The translations under genes were made by a program, and so were the position numbers. This document shows, piece after piece, positions 53,401 to 64,000 of a stretch of DNA of 64,000 nt; positions within the stretch are counted from its first letter, which is position 1; the number at the start of each line of letters is the position of its first letter. The notes under the pieces were generated by a model. It was not told the origin of the DNA and did not search any database. It was given only the letters and a program-made list of their open reading frames with translations. The stretch is from Auanema rhodensis (lineage: Eukaryota; Animalia; Nematoda), in contig OZ059896.1 in the NCBI GenBank assembly GCA_964057225.1, positions 17,918,001 through 17,982,000 of the forward strand, in the 5' to 3' direction.

Positions 53401-56400
53401 TTTCTCACGAATTATATTGGTTGAGAGAGAAAAGAATGCAGAGAGAGATTGAAGAAAGAGAGAGAGAGAGGTAGCTAGGAAAAGAAAAGAAGTAAGGTAG
53501 TTAGAAAGAAAGAAAGAGAGAAAAACTTTGATCATAAGGAAGAAGCTGGCCAAGACGAAGGGATAAAGCTTGGAACGGCTCATATACGTATCATCATCAT
53601 CTTTCCATCCTACTTACTCCTTCTCTTCTCCATTTTCCGCTTCTAGAATTCTCTTCATGTCTTCCTTACTGAGGTTAATACACGTTAGTTTGAAAGACTT
53701 AAAGGATAGTGTGTTATAACATCAAAGTCTGCTTTTAGTTTTTTTCTATTTCTTCTGATATTCTTTTGTTTTTTTTAATCAATAATCATATTTTCAATAT
53801 ATTTATTGATTTTCTTTTTTTTTCAAAATCTAATATGTAAAAGTTAATATATAAAGAAATATTTAACATTTTATGTATATTTAACATACATATACACAGT
53901 TGTATGTGTATATCTTGTTCATCTTCCCATTCGGCTTCAAGCAGGAAAATTGCTTAGAAGAGAATGATTCATGTTGTCCCGGAGCCTGGCTCCTTGGCTT
54001 CTTTCGAGACCCATGGGCACTGAATGAAGTAGTCGATCTGAATGGCCACCCAAGTCGGCTTCCGGAGTAGATGTCAACAGAAGAAAAGAGAAAGAACTTA
54101 GATGCTATGCTTCTCTGCATCCTTTGTATCATTTCCTTGTTTTTTGTCATAGAAAAAACAGCTCAATTCGTGTCATTGTCGTTTTCTCTCGATATTGGTC
54201 AGTCAAAATTTGAAAATTTTTACATAAAAATCTTTTTCAAAAAGAAATTATGCTTTCTGATTTATAAATAAAGGAAAAGATGAGAAGAATTCAAATAAAT
54301 TTATTATAAATCATCAAAAACTTGAACATCTCTCTCTATCCATCATATTTTCTATTATACGATATTACTTCTATAATGTATCTTTACTTCATTCTCTCTC
54401 ATCTTAGCTTCTTACTTTCATACTCTGAATCATTCAACCCTCTCGGACTCACTTCAAATTTTCTCATTACTTTCAGACTATGAGTCATTACATTCCAGTT
54501 TGATACATCATTCTTTCAGAATCTGGTGACAAGCTCAACGACAGTAGTTCCTAGTAGTACTAGCAGAGTAGAAGGATTAGATGATTTGACTGAGGAGGAG
54601 CGGATGAAGATTGAAGCTGTGATGGCCTGTGCTCAGCTTGACGAACAACAGGCCAGCAGTTCGACTAGCGATATATCACATATGAATCAGTCACAAACTA
54701 GGAATATTTCAAATACAAGGTGAAATCTATTCTAAGATTCATTTTTCATTTTTTTTTGTTTTTTCCAGCTCAACAATTGGTCATATTGCTCAAGCATCAT
54801 CATCTAAATCGCCTAATATTTCTAATAGTAATAGTAATTATAGTAAATATATTGATGATGACGATGTAGCAAGCAATATTCCATCGGAGCTAGCTCATCT
54901 ACCACCGGAAGAACGAGAACAAATCTTGAGGGTTATGAGACAAGCAGAAGATGAAGGAATCATTGCGGATACACATTCGACAAATCCGTTTGCACCCTCA
55001 CCTACACCATCTATGGGAGCCTGGCAGAGTAGCATTCTACCATCAACGTCAACCCATTCCGTAGCTTCACACCATTCACAAGTTCCACAGATTAGTAGCA
55101 GGTAAATTAATAATTTTCATATTGTATTGATTATTATACATATAACTATATTGGAATTGATCTATAATAGTGAATATTTCAGTACGGTTCAAACTGGATT
55201 AGAAGGCTTATCATGGGAAGAACAAGAGAAAATCATGAGAGTTATGGCAGAAGCCGAAATGATGAACATGCCAGCAGCAGATCAACGATCGGTTATGCCA
55301 TCTATGCCTGTAACGTCATCGAAACCAGTCAACATCAGTACAACAAACTCTCAACCATCAACGCTGCCAATTCATGTTTCATCTCAGTAAGTTATGATTT
55401 CCTATATCTAATACTAACTTTCTCAATTATAGGTCCGAAATTCCTCCTGGACTTGAAGATCTCTCGGAAGAAGAGCGAAATAAGATTCTTGCTGTAATGG
55501 CTGAAGCAGAAAAGTTTGCCACGCCTTCAATGGTTCCCACGCCGTCAGGCGTTAGCAACATGATTCCATCGTCATCTCAGCCCGTAGTGCCAGTATCTTC
55601 AACACCATCTATTAGTAGCCGGTATGTTATTTGAAAGCCTCAACATATTGCTTTATGAAGAAGAATATTTATCTTCCGTTTTCAGAGAAATGGAGCCAAC
55701 GACGGCATCATCAAGAGTTGCTCCTGCACCTATTCCATCATCCGCAGAGCCGGATATGCTAAGCGGCATGTCTGATCTTACAGACGAAGAGAGGGAAAAG
55801 ATTCTTCGAGTTATGGCTGCCAGCCAAGCTGACGATTTCTCATCCATTACTGTAGCAAGTTCTGCACGTCCAGATGTAGGATTCCGTGGAGATGAGAGTG
55901 AAATAGCTACAACCAGCGCTCCATCATTCCGATATTATGAGAACCCAGACGAAGATGCTACCTACACAGACGAAGTACTTCCACAAGAAGAGGATCGTTC
56001 GCGTACCACTGAAGTTGAACGTGACTTCTTATCAGAATGGGATATGCCTCGTATAACATCAGAAACGGTTTCTGAGAGCCATATTTCCAGGTAAAAATAA
56101 GTTTTGATATTATATTTAACATCTATATGTGCATTTAGTTATGATGAAGAAGAACATATGAGACCAAGATCAAACTCCCAACAACCATCAACCTCTGTAA
56201 CATCGACCCCAACAGAGTATGTTTCATTCATATAATTAAAGTTGATTGAAATTAATTAAAATTGTTTTTTCAGGTACACTGTTAATAATTCTGATATGAT
56301 CAAATCAGGTAAATATAGCTATTTCATTTATTTATTAATTTATTTTTAAATGTTTAATATTCTATAATATACGTGATCATACTAAATTTATATTTTGATT

Positions 56401-59400
56401 TAGCTGATAAACCTAGTTGGAATGAATCGTCTGCTCAAATTACTAGTACATGTTCAACAATACCTAGTACATCTACATGTATGTTTCACAATTTATATAT
56501 ATTACTAAAGCGATGAAAGTTCAATAATTAATTTTTTCTTTTTTCAAATAACAAAATAGTTATAACTATCATAATTCAACAGAAAAGTTTTCTTATCTTA
56601 CAGGCTTGTAAGTAAGCATTTCTTAATATTTATGTTATTTTTATTATTATTCATCTTGATTTCATTTTTTCTTTTTGAGCTACTAAGATTATTGCAAATA
56701 TTCTCTATCCAACTAATTTTCTTTTACTTCTACTCCTTTCGATAAACTTTTTTTTCGACTTTACTCAATTAGCTTAATGGACAAGTAAGGGTGGCAACTG
56801 AGGCACCTACTCTAGAACGTTAGCATACTGAGAAGACCATGAAGTAGCATTCAGACTTAAACCTCATCTTCTAACAATTTTTTCTGAATCTTTTAACTTG
56901 AATAAGCTTTTTTACTTTATACTTAGTCTCAAACATAATTTCCTTCCTAGAAGATCAGTTGATCATTATTATTTCTTTTATTTGCAATGAATTACTCTGC
57001 TTTTCAGATTCAACTACTAGCCCTGTAATATCGTCTTCTACTGTTATCACTAGTATTTCAACATCACCAGCTGTATCCACAACTCCATCGAACGCTTTTG
57101 ATCGAACGTCTATGCGCCAGCCATCAGTAGCTTCATCTAGTGGATGGGAATCTGGCTATGGCACAACATCAACCTCATTTGATCGCGAACTGGCGAACAT
57201 GGAAAGAGTATGTTGACATTTGAAATACAGAATTAGAAATAAGAAAAATTACAAATAAACCAAAAAAAATTTTTTTTCTTGCTTTCGGGTGTGAAAAAGA
57301 GAATTTTTTGATTGAACAACGTTGAAACGGATAGACAATGCGTTGTGAAAACATCCTTTTCCCGTCTGAAATGAACTGAAATGTGATCTGTCTTCAAGAG
57401 AAGCTTACTTAACCAGTCAGTCCCTGAATAGAAAAAATGATTTTTTTAGAATTTAAATAGCAAAATATGATTCTCACTAGCACATTACTCATCTAAGAGT
57501 ATTCCAGGCTGACAAACTATCTGGATTGTTGGAAGATCGAAGTGAACCACGTGAAGGAGCCCGATCGAGAAGTGAATCTCGACGTGATGATGAAACCAGA
57601 GGCGACGATCTCGACTTCACTTATTCAGATCAGAGGTTTATTAGCTTCGAGAATTTAGCGGCTAGTCAATCTTCAATGTACGTTCAAATCGTTTCACTCT
57701 CATATCTTTTATTTTATTTATTTTTAATTTAACTACATACAACTAGTTATCTAGCAAATTTTTTTTGATTTCATTTCTTTATTTAAATTTTTGAAATAAT
57801 TTGCTTTTTCAATCTTTTTTTTTCTTCTTTTTATTTTTAATTTGAAAATTATAAAATAGATAATTTACAAACAAAATTTATTTATATCTACTACTCTTTT
57901 TCAAAAACAATTTTTTTAACTCCTTCCTGTGTATTTCTCTTTTCTTCGAAAAAAAAAAATGAAGCAAAGTTATATATCTGACTAAAACAAGGAGAGTGGT
58001 ATCGAGTAACGTGCATCGAAATTTGTTTGTGCTTTCTTAGTTTTTTTTTTTTTTTTAGTTTTTTTTATTTAATCTTAGTTTATGTAGATATGTAGAAATA
58101 GTAACTTGTAGTATTAGTTTTAGCTTTTATGAGTATTGATTACTTTGAATTTTTAATTTTTTTATTTAAATAATTTATTTGAATTCTAGGTATGAAATAA
58201 CACCTCATGATGACAAAAGCTTCACAGTCGATGCTGTTGAAATGAAAATTGATTCACCTGAGGTTCTTAATTAACCATCTTTGACTCATGTTATTCATTT
58301 AATGATTCAGAATATGTGGTCGAATTCGCGTCAACCTATGTGGACGACTGTGTTTGAAGCTGATGAGGCTGAACAACCATGTAATGAAGTATTCGATTCC
58401 ATCAATTCAAACAGACCAGCAGTACGATCGAAGCCATTTGTAACACCAAGTGATAACTCTGGCAGTACATCAGCAACATCTCAATCCGTACAGGGACGAA
58501 ATCGCTTCACATCAGCACAATCACCATCAAGTATGATGAAAATCTATTGAGCTTTCCATATATTTTTCCTCATCTTCAATCTTCAGATATGGTTACAATG
58601 GAAGATATCATGAGTGATTTTAGTAAAGATTCCGGAGAATTACAAGAAATTGAATTTGATTCAACGCCCATCTCCCGTACTCAGACTTCCACAACAAAAA
58701 CAACATCAAATCAATGGGTAAGCTTGATACTCTACCGAATTATCCAACTTTTCTGTTTCAGACGCCTATGGGAGTGCCAGAAACTATATCTCAAAAAGCT
58801 TCAATATCATCAAAACAATCAAAGAAAACACCTGAGATTATGATAACTGTACATGATGATAGTGAAGAAGAAGAAAGTGGCAGTGAAGACGATGATGAAT
58901 ATCCTGATAAGGTAAAAAAGCTTTATCTATACACACATATATCATTATTTCATATATAGGTTGTTGCTGCACCAACAGCTCCAACACCATCATATGAAGA
59001 TGTTGAACGAGAACGTGAACTACAAGAGCAATTTGGAAAAGAAGTTTTACAACAGATTCAAGCATTCGGTGAAGCAGCTGATGATGAGTTTGATGTAAAA
59101 TGGGCTAAGACATCCATGTCCAAACGTCTACCACCTCTGGTATGCTACATACATAGTATAGTTAATATGATTTATATATTCTTATTATAGAATATGAATG
59201 ATGTCGATAATCAATTACCAACATTAGATTCAACAGAAATGTCATCACAGGTTGGTTTCTGTTATGAATTTGTTTGAAATGATTCAAAAGAAATATTTTC
59301 AGAAAGGTTCTGATGTTCTTGATTTATCTCAAGGAAATATGGTTGTAATGAACATGCGTAATCCATTCTTAGATTCTCCAGAAGATGAAGATGTGGTATG

Positions 59401-61423
59401 ATTTCTACGTTTCATATGAAATTATTTATTTATTATTATTTCAGACAATTGATATGGAAGAAGTAGATTATTCTGAAGCTGCACGATTCTATCAAGCTCA
59501 ACAATCATTGGCTGCTCATCGTCCAGGACCTGTATATACAATTCCAGAAGATGAGAGCGAAGATGATGGAACTATTGAGAATCCAGATAGTAGAATCAAT
59601 GGTTTGATTTGAATTGACAGATAAATTTTTATGAAAATTCTGAATTTAGCCCGTGAAAAGAAGAGACGAAATGCTCGGAATGTAGCTGAAGCTTTGATCC
59701 ATATGTATGATGATCGAATAAGTCAAAATGATCCTCTTATTACTGGTAAACTTTTATTTATTTTGAAATATCAATATGACATGTTGCAGGTAAATCAATT
59801 GGTGGAATACCATCATCAACTAGCTCATATGCTTCATCTACTCCTTTCTCAGTAACAACATCGACACCTTCGGCAATTGATACGATAGATTCAACTACAT
59901 CAACATCTATCTATACATCATCATATCTATTCTCAACAGCTCCATTCATGCTCCCTACAGAGCCAACAACTACATATACAACACCGAAATCTCAGCCACA
60001 GCCACCATCTACAACATCATCAACATCTCAATCTGCTGCAATCAATTCATCAATTGATAAAACATTAAATGATATTAATGAATTGGTAATAAGATTTTTT
60101 TATTATTTCCAACTTTATAAGCATATTTTCAGCTTAATACATGCGCTGTTTATACATCTCAAACAACTAAACCAAATCTTCTTTGTTATGATCAATCAGC
60201 TTTCCAGAAACAATCTACAATATCAGCCGGTAATACCTTAAACTTTGTAAAAACGACATTCATTGATTAAAAAGTTAGAAAACCTGATGTTTCAAGTACT
60301 AAGCTTAAGCCAACTCAACTCATTTTAACCTATCTGTTTAAAGCAGTTAAAATGGAAACAAAGAGTAGGTCATGATGACCTTCTCTCTCTTTGCCTTTTC
60401 TCTTTATTTTGGAGAAAAAGTGAAATAGAAAAAAGGAAAAAAATGGTAAAACATATCCATATTCTTGTTGAAAACCAGATCACAAAGACTGGGGCGTTGT
60501 TAATTTGTCTATGGTCTCTGTGCCTAATTTCGTTAAGCTGCTTCGAAAATGTAGTTGTCGTGCCTCTATATGGGTGTAACTGTGTGCTGTCAGAGCATGT
60601 AGCAAACGATATGAACATGCTCCTGCAAGTACATATACTTTTTTAATTATCTCTATCACTTATATGATGATAATTCACAATTAAATATTGTTTATTCAAT
60701 AAAATGACGATGATGTTTCAAACGGGGAAACAGCGAAATCATTATAAGATTTGCAAATTAATCGTATGTTTCAACCAATATCTATTTCAATTTGCTATTT
60801 CAGATATAACTGACAAATCCATTGGAGCCATTTCTGGCTTCCAATCTGAATCAGCGACATCATTTACAACAGCAACATCTACAGCCGTCACCTCAACAAC
60901 GATGACGACTACAAGCCCCAGTATTATGTCAACTTCAAACATGGAGCTGATAAGAGCAATACCAGAAATGACTTTAACATCTATTGAAAGTGTTACGACC
61001 TCATCTTCACCAATGCCAGTATTATCAACTGTTGATACAGCTCAGGCAGCAGCAGCTGCCGGCAAGCTACCGATCCCATATCCAGGCACACTCGGAGGCT
61101 CTTTGTTAGCTAATGCATCGTCAACCAGCTCAGACATGGAATCGCCAAGGTTTGTTAGCCAAATTGCTTCAAATTGCTCTAAAACGATGGATTTCAGAGG
61201 CTTACGTCGTTCACCTGGCATGATTCTTCCACCATCGAATATTGGCGATGTGATCCAAAAGAGTGGTTAGTGAAACTATTCTTTTCTTTGAAAACTTTTT
61301 TTTATGAATTCATAAATGAAAAGCTAATTTGAACTGATTTCAGAACATCCAGATATATCATCATCACCTCATACATTAGATCAATTAAATACAACATTTA
61401 AATGGATAACAGATGCTAAAGAG
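13738..61423 (+). CDS. cla-1: Giant multi-exon active-zone scaffold, Clarinet long isoform (CLA-1L)-like; probably 3'-incomplete (PDZ/C2 region not in window)
   Basis: An in-frame exon chain runs from MSSWFSYFT (13738-13763) through exons starting at 14401, 14532, 14676, 14946, ~15116, 15322 and 15782, the giant exon 15892-44435, 44545-44745, 44795-47940, 47988-48119, 51150-51544, 51805-51879, and from 54520 on to 61344-61423, giving roughly 12,500 aa. It contains repeated Piccolo/RIM N-terminus-like helices (LDDLTEEERMKIEAVM, LAHLPPEEREQILRVM, LEDLSEEERNKILAVM) and a huge acidic repetitive N-terminal region, as known for C. elegans CLA-1L. The diagnostic PDZ and C2 domains are not visible, so identity rests on architecture and motifs. 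Confidence 0.75.
15892..44435 (+). CDS. cla-1: Single 28,544-nt coding exon of the cla-1-like gene (contains the 9460-aa ORF)
   Basis: The acceptor TTTAG|GTACTT at 15891/15892 is in the same frame as ORF 16057. The donor AA|GTAAGT lies at 44435/44436, so the ORF's TAA is inside the donor. Splicing to TTTCAG|A at 44545 continues in frame (K-RDISAAAAAV). Confidence 0.85.
16423..31800 (+). repeat. Coding tandem array 1: mosaic of 22 A units (282 bp/94 aa), 34 B units (264 bp/88 aa) and one truncated B
   Basis: Units share PPPRPLPPQVTISEDQGDDRSSVTSGADVDRSF, then continue as A (DASSSFEQYPGP...LTEEELEHIARIQRLAEESAFEQVV) or B (EDLVVAAPTEE...LTQDELDFIVGIQRLPSQTSVDKPV). 22x282 + 34x264 = 15,180 bp, exactly the distance from the first PPP codon (16453) to the last (31633). 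Confidence 0.97.
31801..43425 (+). repeat. Coding tandem array 2: 37 C units of 300-321 bp (modal 318 bp/106 aa)
   Basis: Unit ESSFETTGTIQPIQPIQPSQPTLVPQVTVTEEAEEVHSSATSEADIDRSFEAAGSFDQYYERSSPILADEEEEPELGYVVEKAVDESTELTQEELDHIARIQRMAA. Starts at 31801, 32110, 32428 ... 43135. Length variants are 300, 303, 309, 318 and 321 bp. Confidence 0.97.
44795..47940 (+). CDS. cla-1: Second large exon (3146 nt) of the cla-1-like gene with 17 diverged LxxEELxHIxxI helices
   Basis: Acceptor TTCAG at 44794 and donor A|GTATGT at 47940. It forms the bulk of ORF 44547-48065. Confidence 0.8.
46351..46765 (+). repeat. Coding 120-bp (40-aa) tandem repeat, ~3.5 copies
   Basis: ELSQEEIDHIRRxxEMADAQLSMPSGPIFxSTPTPVPQEP-type units starting at 46351, 46471, 46591 and 46711. 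Confidence 0.9.
49049..49071. repeat. (TA)n microsatellite (intronic)
   Basis: Direct reading; ~11 units with a further interrupted TA run immediately upstream. Confidence 0.85.
49841..49880. repeat. (TC)20 microsatellite (intronic)
   Basis: Direct reading. Confidence 0.95.
50451..50476. repeat. (GA)13 microsatellite (intronic)
   Basis: Direct reading. Confidence 0.92.
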
Positions 61424-61928
61424 GTATTTTTATTTATAAATATTTTTCATTTCTCTCCCTTTCACCCCCAATCCAAAAAAAAACTCGACAAAACTAAAAA
61501 AATAAAAATAAAGTTTATTATAAACACAAAATATATGTATATTCATTATATATTATTAATTTTATTTGAAAGAAAATAAAAAAAAAACAAATACTTCATT
61601 CTATTTTTTGATATTGAAAATAATTTTTTTTTTGTTTTCCGACTAAAACAATAAGAAGAAAAAAAATATAAATATAAACTAAATTTATTAAAAATTAATG
61701 AAAACACATCATTGAAATAAAGGAAATTATGGAAACCAATAGCTTACAAGAATATTATTTTAAGTTGATGAAAATCAAAAGTGATGATACATCTGAGTAT
61801 ATTGGATGTGTTTTCCAAAACGTTCTCATCAAAATCTGGTTGCTACTGCTTCTGTTCTGCTAATACAAACTTTTATAATAACCTTTCTTGTTTTACAGTA
61901 GAGATGAGACCAAGGCAAATAGCTGCAA

Positions 61929-61976
61929 TCTCTCTCTCTCTCTTTCTCACTCTCTCTCTCTCTCTATCTCTATCTA

Positions 61977-62014
<38 letters not shown>

Positions 62015-62025
62015 CCTCTCTCTCA
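61929..62025. repeat. Compound (TC)n/(TATC)n microsatellite
   Basis: Direct reading; ~95 nt interrupted TC/TATC tract. Confidence 0.9.
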
Positions 62026-64000
62026 CTTATTCCCTGTCTTCTTCATATATTGCCCCTTCTTTATCCAATTTTCTTTTTCAATTTTTCTCTTTAGATATAG
62101 AGCATTGATGGCTCTCTCAGAATTTCCTTAAGTTTCTGAGATTTGTCTCAAGTTGAAACTAGAAAATTGACTCACATCTGCTAGGTCTATCACTATACAT
62201 CTTAACTAAGCATGTTATATGACCGAATGGGTGACTCAAGTTCCAATTGAGATAGATACCCTACGGCATCTTACAGCTGAAACACAATGTCCATAGGGAG
62301 ATCAAGTTGAAACATCAAAGAGAGCATCAAGTTAGCTTACATCATGTAGTATATCAACTACAACGAAGACATTGTGAGAAATGAGAAGAAGAATTAGGTG
62401 GAATATATCTTCAAATTGATTTTCTTTCAGAGGAATACGTTATTTATTGTATTTAGAAATAGATTATGTATTTCTTAATTTCCTTTATATTTCCTTTTAA
62501 AAAATTTTTCTCGTTTGTTTGCTTATCTACGTTATAACCTTTAACACCACCCCTTCTATTACCCCCTTCCCCTCCTCTTGCTCGGGTTCGCTCTTTCAAT
62601 CAGAAATTTCATTTATTCATTTTCATTCATCAACTTTTATTTTCTGTAGCTTAAGACATGACCCACATATGGTTCGATAAAGGACATCGCAATTGGAACC
62701 CGTGGTGGTGGGTGCCGTAGAGACTACGCTAACCTCACTTCTTCTTTTCTATCTTACTTCCTTACTCTCCCCTTGATCTCACACGTCTATTCTTCCTCTT
62801 GTCGCAGCCAACACCATTTTCTTCATCTTTCCCTTCTCTTTCTCTTCTTTCCTTTTTAGCTTCATAATGTTTCTCCTCTTTCTCTTTTAATCTCTAGTTT
62901 TCACATGCCCTCCTGCACTATTCTCTTTTCTCTCGCGATCCCTTGACTTTTCTTTCAACTTCTCTTTTTTTCTTTTCTGCTTTTCACAATCTCTCTAAGT
63001 TTCTGCTTCTCTCATTCACTCACTCTCATTCCTTTCCTGGGTACTAAACTAAGAGAGAGCCCAACGAGGAATATATAGAAAGAAGAAGAAAGAAAGAAAG
63101 AGAGAGAGAAAAAAAAATAAAAAGAGCAAAGAGATCAAAATAAAGAGAGAGGGAAAAGATACAGGAAAAATCTATGACTACAGGAGACAAAACAGAGAGA
63201 AAGGAATGTAAACCCAGAGGGAAATCAGAGCACAAAAGGAAAAAGAGAAAAAGATTTCAAATATATTGGAATCTGTCATACTCATTAAGATTACTCAAAT
63301 CAAATACTTTGCAAAAAGTATTTGAGATTCTGAAATACATGAGGTAAATGAGAGTCAAATTGATCACTCTTTTCGTATCAAACATAGAGTAATGATCAAA
63401 TAAAATCTGTGAACAACTCCTGTACTCAGTTTCTGCCTAATATGTTTCTAAAAAAATTCTGGAGCAATTCAAATATACCAGAGTATACTAGATGAACCAT
63501 CATATGAGCAGCTTCCTCTCTCTCTCTTTTTCTCTCTCTACCCGAGTTCTCTCTATGCCCACTCTCCTACGTCTGTCTTCCGCAGCGTCTTTCATACTCA
63601 TCTATCCATCCATTACATTTCATTCGGCTTCAGTCTGCTATTCAGACTAGCCAACTGCTGGTTTCCCATATATGTATGGGCAGCTTGAGACTAGTGTGCC
63701 AGCGAGTCCACGACGTCGGCGATTCCTCTCTCTCTAGCTCTCTTCTTATCCCTTATACATACTACACATTCATCCTCTCTACGTTCATTGGACCAGATAG
63801 ACAGAGCATACGAGAGAGAAAGAAGAAGAAATAGAGAGGCTGAGAAGCAGGGAGATGCAGAGAGCATTGGTCTGTGCATGTGCATTGGTCGAAGGGGGGT
63901 AACGCCTCCTACTCTTGCTTTCTATTACTTGATCCTCTGTCTCTCTAGACATCCTTCTTCTATTCTCTCTCCACTTCCCCTCTCTCTCCTCCCTTTCTCC

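Noticed and set aside
54471-54519. Alternative upstream acceptor TTTCAG with a nearby ATG as an isoform start
   Set aside because: The ATG frame (MSHYIPV) stops before the 54520 exon and no plausible intron rescues it.
13738-61423. Assignment to titin/ketin, giant ankyrin (unc-44) or ANC-1
   Set aside because: No Ig/Fn3, ankyrin, spectrin, CH or KASH signatures are visible. The RIM/Piccolo-type helices fit Clarinet better.

Overview
AT-rich eukaryotic DNA with nematode-type gene structure (dense ~40-55 nt GT-AG introns, TTTCAG/TTTTAG acceptors). The species cannot be determined from the sequence. Three genes can be reconstructed by hand. (1) A minus-strand PHD+SET gene of the SET-26/SET-9 / MLL5(KMT2E) / SETD5 / UpSET family (915-6741). 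(2) A divergently transcribed NOL10 gene (7341-10411). (3) A giant plus-strand gene from 13738 that probably continues past the window end and most likely encodes the long isoform of Clarinet (CLA-1), the nematode Piccolo/RIM/Fife-like active-zone scaffold; my exon chain gives about 12,500 aa inside the window. Its core is one 28,544-nt exon holding two homologous tandem arrays: 22 x 282-bp plus 34 x 264-bp units, then 37 x ~318-bp units. The most interesting signal is the motif content of this protein. Nearly every repeat unit carries a calcineurin-docking-like PxIxIT motif (PQVTIS/PQVTVT) and a Piccolo/RIM N-terminus-like helix (LTxEELxHIxRIQxxA), array-1 units add an SH3 ligand (PPPRPLPP), and the unique flanks carry RI-type AKAP-like helices. 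This suggests a multivalent kinase/phosphatase scaffold; that interpretation is inference from motifs only. Exon boundaries were read manually and need RNA-seq confirmation.
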